Made by a program: the position numbers and the translations under genes
Source of the DNA: a bacterium
GTDB lineage: Bacteria; Patescibacteriota; Minisyncoccia; Minisyncoccales; CG1-02-41-26
Direction: 5' to 3'
Assembly (NCBI GenBank): GCA_021158045.1
Contig: JAGGVK010000018.1
Location: forward strand, 1-49,592
Length of the DNA stretch: 49,592 nt
Shown: one piece after another, positions 46,057-49,592 of the stretch
Layout: each line of letters starts with the position of its first letter
How positions within the stretch are numbered: the stretch's first letter is position 1
Notes under the pieces: model-generated
Told to the model about the DNA's origin: nothing
What the model saw: the letters and a program-made list of their open reading frames with translations, nothing else
Databases searched by the model: none

Positions 46057-47076
46057 TCAAGGGCGTTCCCCGATAGTTACCATTATGGTTTTTTCTTTTT
46101 TGCTTCTTAATACCTTAAGAGGAATTTTTTCGCCTATTTTAAGAGGTATTAGAATGTCAGTTAAACTATTGTCAGGCGTGATTTTCTTACCATTGGCTTC
46201 TAATATTATATCGTATTCTTTCAAGCCTGCTTTTTGGGCTGGACTGTTAGGCACAATGGCTCTTCCTTGGGGTTCGGAAATGATTAAAGCGCCATAATCT
46301 TGCGGCAAGCCCCATTTTTCCTGCAAGTTCCTGTCAACAAGAATATATCTTACCCCTAAAAACGGGTGAATAATTTTCCCATACTGTTTAAATTCTTCTA
46401 AATCCTTTTTAGGCCCAGTAATTGGTAAAGCAAAGCTTATGTTTTCTGCTCCAAAAACCATTGCTGCGTTTATGCCTATAACTTTTCCTCTAATGTTTAT
46501 TAATGGGCCCCCAGAGTTTCCAGGGTTTACAGCTGCGTCTGTTTGTATTAACCCTCTTAGCCTTGCCTTCTCTCCTGTTAGCGTGCTGCCAGCTATAATG
46601 TTGCGGCTTAGCCCAGAAACAACCCCCACTGAAACTGTGTTTTGAAACATTCCCAATGCATTTCCTATGGCAATAACTGTTTCTCCAAGTTCAATTTGCG
46701 ATGTGTCTTCTAACTTCAGAAAAGGAAAGTTATTGCCTTCTATTTTCAAAATGGCGGTATCATTAATGGGGTCTTTTACTAAAATTTGAGCTGGATATTT
46801 TTCTCCATTGTTAAGTATAACAGAATAATCGGCTTTGCTGTCAGCAACTACATGGCGATTGGTTAAAATTGTTCCCTTTTCATCTACAAGGAAACCCGAG
46901 CCTCCCCCCACCTTTATCTTCTTTCTTTTTAATGGCTGTTGTAGGGAACCTTCAAATTTTAAGGGGAGGGAAAAAGGTAATTTTTGGATGTTATGGTGCT
47001 TTGATATTACAATGCTTACCACTGCTGGGAGGGCCATTTTGACGATTTTTGTGATTGGATAAGATTCTTGTTGCAT
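46057..47076 (-). CDS. htrA: HtrA/DegP-like serine protease with one PDZ domain
   Basis: GSGF, TNRHVV, D, TDAAVNPGNSGGP, PDZ (SPAQKAGL). Confidence 0.92.
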   Translation of the reverse strand: MQQESYPITKIVKMALPAVVSIVISKHHNIQKLPFSLPLKFEGSLQQPLKRKKIKVGGGSGFLVDEKGTILTNRHVVADSKADYSVILNNGEKYPAQILVKDPINDTAILKIEGNNFPFLKLEDTSQIELGETVIAIGNALGMFQNTVSVGVVSGLSRNIIAGSTLTGEKARLRGLIQTDAAVNPGNSGGPLINIRGKVIGINAAMVFGAENISFALPITGPKKDLEEFKQYGKIIHPFLGVRYILVDRNLQEKWGLPQDYGALIISEPQGRAIVPNSPAQKAGLKEYDIILEANGKKITPDNSLTDILIPLKIGEKIPLKVLRSKKEKTIMVTIGERP

Positions 47077-47155
47077 ACAGTCATTATGATTATTGAACTA
47101 ATTATACAAATTTCTATTGCCTAAGGCAAATTTCTGTGATATCTTTAATATATCC

Positions 47156-47228
47156 GCCCCTGTAGCTCAACGGATTAGAGCTTCGCACTCCTAAGGCGAA
47201 GATAGAGGTTCGATTCCTCTCAGGGGCA
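47156..47228 (+). tRNA. tRNA-Arg(CCT)
   Basis: Acceptor gcccctg/caggggc, loop ctcctaa, T-arm agagg-ttcgatt-cctct. Confidence 0.88.
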
Positions 47229-47282
47229 CTTGTTCTCCTAACTTTCACCTTTCTAAGTTTTTATAAAACTTGGGAGAATAAA

Positions 47283-47356
47283 GGGCCCATGGCGCAGTTG
47301 GCTAGCGCGTCCCGATGGCATCGGGAAGGTCGTGGGTTCAAATCCCACTGGGTCCA
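47283..47356 (+). tRNA. tRNA-Ala(GGC)
   Basis: G3:U70 acceptor, stem tcccg/cggga, loop atggcat. Confidence 0.93.
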
Positions 47357-47481
47357 AAATAGTGCTTAGTTTCGTGTGATAGATATCTTAGTTGTGGATA
47401 AACTTGGTTCTGGCTTTGATACAAAATGAAAGAAGTCTTCAAAGCAGAGATTAGCCAAGCATAACAGATTGTTTGAGGAGT

Positions 47482-47625
47482 TTATTTCTTGTTAAAAGTA
47501 GACCGGAAAATAACCCTGACTAATAAAAAAGCCATAGTAGTGGCAATAATCATTAGGGAGGGAGAAAAAACAGCCGGTGAAAAGATACAATAGCCTGCAA
47601 CTGTTAAGATACCGATGAGTGTCAT
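47482..47625 (-). CDS. Possible 47-aa hydrophobic peptide
   Basis: MTLIGILTVAGYCIFSPAVFSPSLMIIATTMAFLLVRVIFRSTFNKK* just downstream of the MTase. Confidence 0.3.
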   Translation of the reverse strand: MTLIGILTVAGYCIFSPAVFSPSLMIIATTMAFLLVRVIFRSTFNKK

Positions 47626-47644
47626 CTGCCTTTATGGCAATATT

Positions 47645-48496
47645 TTATTTATATCGCTTCCAGTTAATCTTTGGAACTCTCTTACTTATAATTTTTTTAC
47701 CATCAGGTTTTTTGGCTAAAATTAGGTATTTAAATCCACGGAGAAAGAAATTAAATTTTTTAGCTCGGTAATGCCAAACTCCTGTATTAGAACTTTGATT
47801 TCTTCTTGTTACGCAGACTAAATCTATTGGTTCAAATCCTATTTTATCCATTAACATCTCATAGACCTTGAAACCAACAGGGGTAAACTTTCTTTTTACC
47901 CATTGGTCTCCAATGAGCCAACCCATAACTTTCCCGGGCTTCAAAATTCGATAAATCTCATAAGCTACTTTTTCTAATTCGTTATAAAATCTTTGACTCT
48001 CTGCTGAAATTTTTCCAATATCTCTAGGGTCGTCAGAGTAACTGACATTATCTCCGTAAGGAGAATCTATAAAGACCATATCAACTGAAGCATCTTTAAG
48101 AGGAATTTTCCGAGAGTCATTTTTAATTACTTTTGGGTGTTGGGGATTTACATCATATCCGATTGCTCTTCTTCCTTCTTCTTCACAAACATCAATAGTT
48201 GTTCCGCTTCCGGCCATTGGGTCAACAACTAAATCGCCCGGTTTTGTATAGCGCTGTATCATATTCCAAATAATAAATGCAGGGGTTACTCCTTGAAATT
48301 TATTATTCCCTTTGGGCTTTTTACCGTAACTCTGTTTTGGATAATCCCATAGAGTAGTTGTCTCAAAAGGCGGCTTATCCTCTTTTAAGTTCTCTGCAAG
48401 AGTTTTTTTCCCTTCTAAACCTGTCTTCTTTAAGGTTGAGCCTAATGGTAATAAACTTGCCTGATTAACTTTTTTGTCCTTTATCTCTTTTGGCAT
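47645..48496 (-). CDS. Amino (N4-C/N6-A) DNA methyltransferase
   Basis: DPMAGSGTT (motif I) followed by IDSPY (motif IV), LKPG. Confidence 0.88.
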   Translation of the reverse strand: MPKEIKDKKVNQASLLPLGSTLKKTGLEGKKTLAENLKEDKPPFETTTLWDYPKQSYGKKPKGNNKFQGVTPAFIIWNMIQRYTKPGDLVVDPMAGSGTTIDVCEEEGRRAIGYDVNPQHPKVIKNDSRKIPLKDASVDMVFIDSPYGDNVSYSDDPRDIGKISAESQRFYNELEKVAYEIYRILKPGKVMGWLIGDQWVKRKFTPVGFKVYEMLMDKIGFEPIDLVCVTRRNQSSNTGVWHYRAKKFNFFLRGFKYLILAKKPDGKKIISKRVPKINWKRYK

Positions 48497-49175
48497 AAAC
48501 TAAATTTTTTAAATCTATTAGAAACTTGTCAAATTTTTTAACTTTATCACTTTCTTCAATTTCTTCCTCGCTCATTATGTAGCTGCCATCGGTGTCTACC
48601 TCAACGATTGCTCTCCCTTTCTTAGCTGGCTTGCGAATGCTTAATGTTTTATCTTCATCAGGCGTGACAAAGAAAACTTTGATGTTTTTTGTAACCTCGT
48701 CTTGACTAAGTTTAATTTTCCAATAACCTGTTTGAGCAATTCTTTCTCGTAAAGTGACTTTGCTTGAGATTACGGCAATTACTTCATAGTTTTTGGGATT
48801 ATAGATGATTATATCTACATCGGGTAAATGCGAGCCAAATTCGCCGTAATCAACTAAAAGATTTCTTTTTACATGATTTAATTCCTCTGAAAGATTTTTA
48901 CTATTTGTTCTTTCTATCATATTGCCATCTACTACTTTTAATCCTAGTTTTTCTACTTCATCTTCAATAATATAGAGAATTAATTTTTCTAAATTCTTGC
49001 CCTTGAATGCTCTCCATGATTGTTCGTGGTCTCCGTTAGGCGTAGGAGATTTGAACCAGTCTTGTTTGTGTAGTTCTTTTGCCTCTCTTAATAATTCGGA
49101 GATATATTGAAAAGCATTTTCTCCATGCTGCTTTTTCTTCTTTTCGTAAAGTTTTACCAGGTCTTGAAATTTCAT
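48465..49175 (-). CDS. Type II restriction endonuclease, BsaWI-like family
   Basis: QSWRAFKGKNLE, PDVD...SSKVTLRERIAQT (PD...K...RER); overlaps the MTase gene. Confidence 0.78.
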   Translation of the reverse strand: MKFQDLVKLYEKKKKQHGENAFQYISELLREAKELHKQDWFKSPTPNGDHEQSWRAFKGKNLEKLILYIIEDEVEKLGLKVVDGNMIERTNSKNLSEELNHVKRNLLVDYGEFGSHLPDVDIIIYNPKNYEVIAVISSKVTLRERIAQTGYWKIKLSQDEVTKNIKVFFVTPDEDKTLSIRKPAKKGRAIVEVDTDGSYIMSEEEIEESDKVKKFDKFLIDLKNLVYAKRDKGQKS

Positions 49176-49427
49176 AAATCTTATTAGCTATTTTTATAAA
49201 ATAGCATTCTTTTGATTAAAATACAAGATAAATTTTACTGCACTGATTCCCTCATCGTTTGGTCTATTTCTTGAACACATAACCTTATTGGAGTTTTAAA
49301 TCTAATTTAAAGCAACCAAGTAGCTGTTTAAATAAGTGATGTTTTGTCCCTTCACTGATTTTTAGATATTTTTAGATTTTTATCTATAGGAAATTGCAGA
49401 TTGGACATAAGTCTCTTTATTAAAAGT

Positions 49428-49592
49428 TCATAGTTTTTTGACGATTTTTCCTGCTCCGAGGCAAGCATTTCTGTTATAAAAAACAGCAAATTGGCCTGGA
49501 GTGGGAGCTATTTGGGGTTTGTTAAAAATGAGTTTTGCTTTTCTGTTATAAAGAAGGCAAAGCCGAGCTTTAGATAAAGGTTGGCGGTAACG
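49428..49592 (-). CDS. mnmA: tRNA 2-thiouridylase MnmA, 3' end only
   Basis: Manual translation RYRQP...FNKPQIAPTPGQFAVFY...CLGAGKI*. Confidence 0.9.
   Translation of the reverse strand, partial: RYRQPLSKARLCLLYNRKAKLIFNKPQIAPTPGQFAVFYNRNACLGAGKIVKKL

Noticed and set aside
47394..47402. Perfect DnaA box (TGTGGATAA) as an origin
   Set aside because: Single isolated box far from dnaA; insufficient evidence

Overview
AT-rich chromosomal window around the replication origin of what is most likely a Patescibacteria (CPR, Parcubacteria-like) genome. The taxon is inferred from CPR-type pilins, Cys-rich surface proteins, a stand-alone 5'-3' exonuclease, a degenerate DHH protein and host genes without Shine-Dalgarno (SD) sequences. 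The backbone carries jag-yidC-rnpA-rpmH / dnaA-dnaN, a class A PBP, ruvC-yebC, ruvB, pilB, tsaE, a V4R/PAS-kinase/receiver cluster, mutM, holA, rpsT, uvrB, ruvA, a PIN toxin-antitoxin pair, murE, four tRNAs, htrA, a type II R-M pair and the 3' end of mnmA. The most striking part is a GC-richer minus-strand island (~15.45-24.83 kb). It has three tandem near-consensus sigma70 promoters, a ~500-nt structured leader, repeated intergenic stem-loop + boxA modules and strong AGGAGG SD sites. Its genes encode a P-loop NTPase, a Csx3/Crn3-family protein, a MoxR/RavA-type AAA+, a Q-rich vWA protein, a 1073-aa Zn-ribbon protein and a possible Csx16/Csx20-like protein. No CRISPR array, cas10 or integrase is present in the window, and the layout resembles a phage early or anti-defence transcription unit. 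The window also has mosaic intergenic repeat clusters (some heptamer units appear in-frame inside uvrB and murE), three candidate structured ncRNAs and several small ORFs missed by the ORF track. All family calls come from motif recognition by eye, not from database searches.
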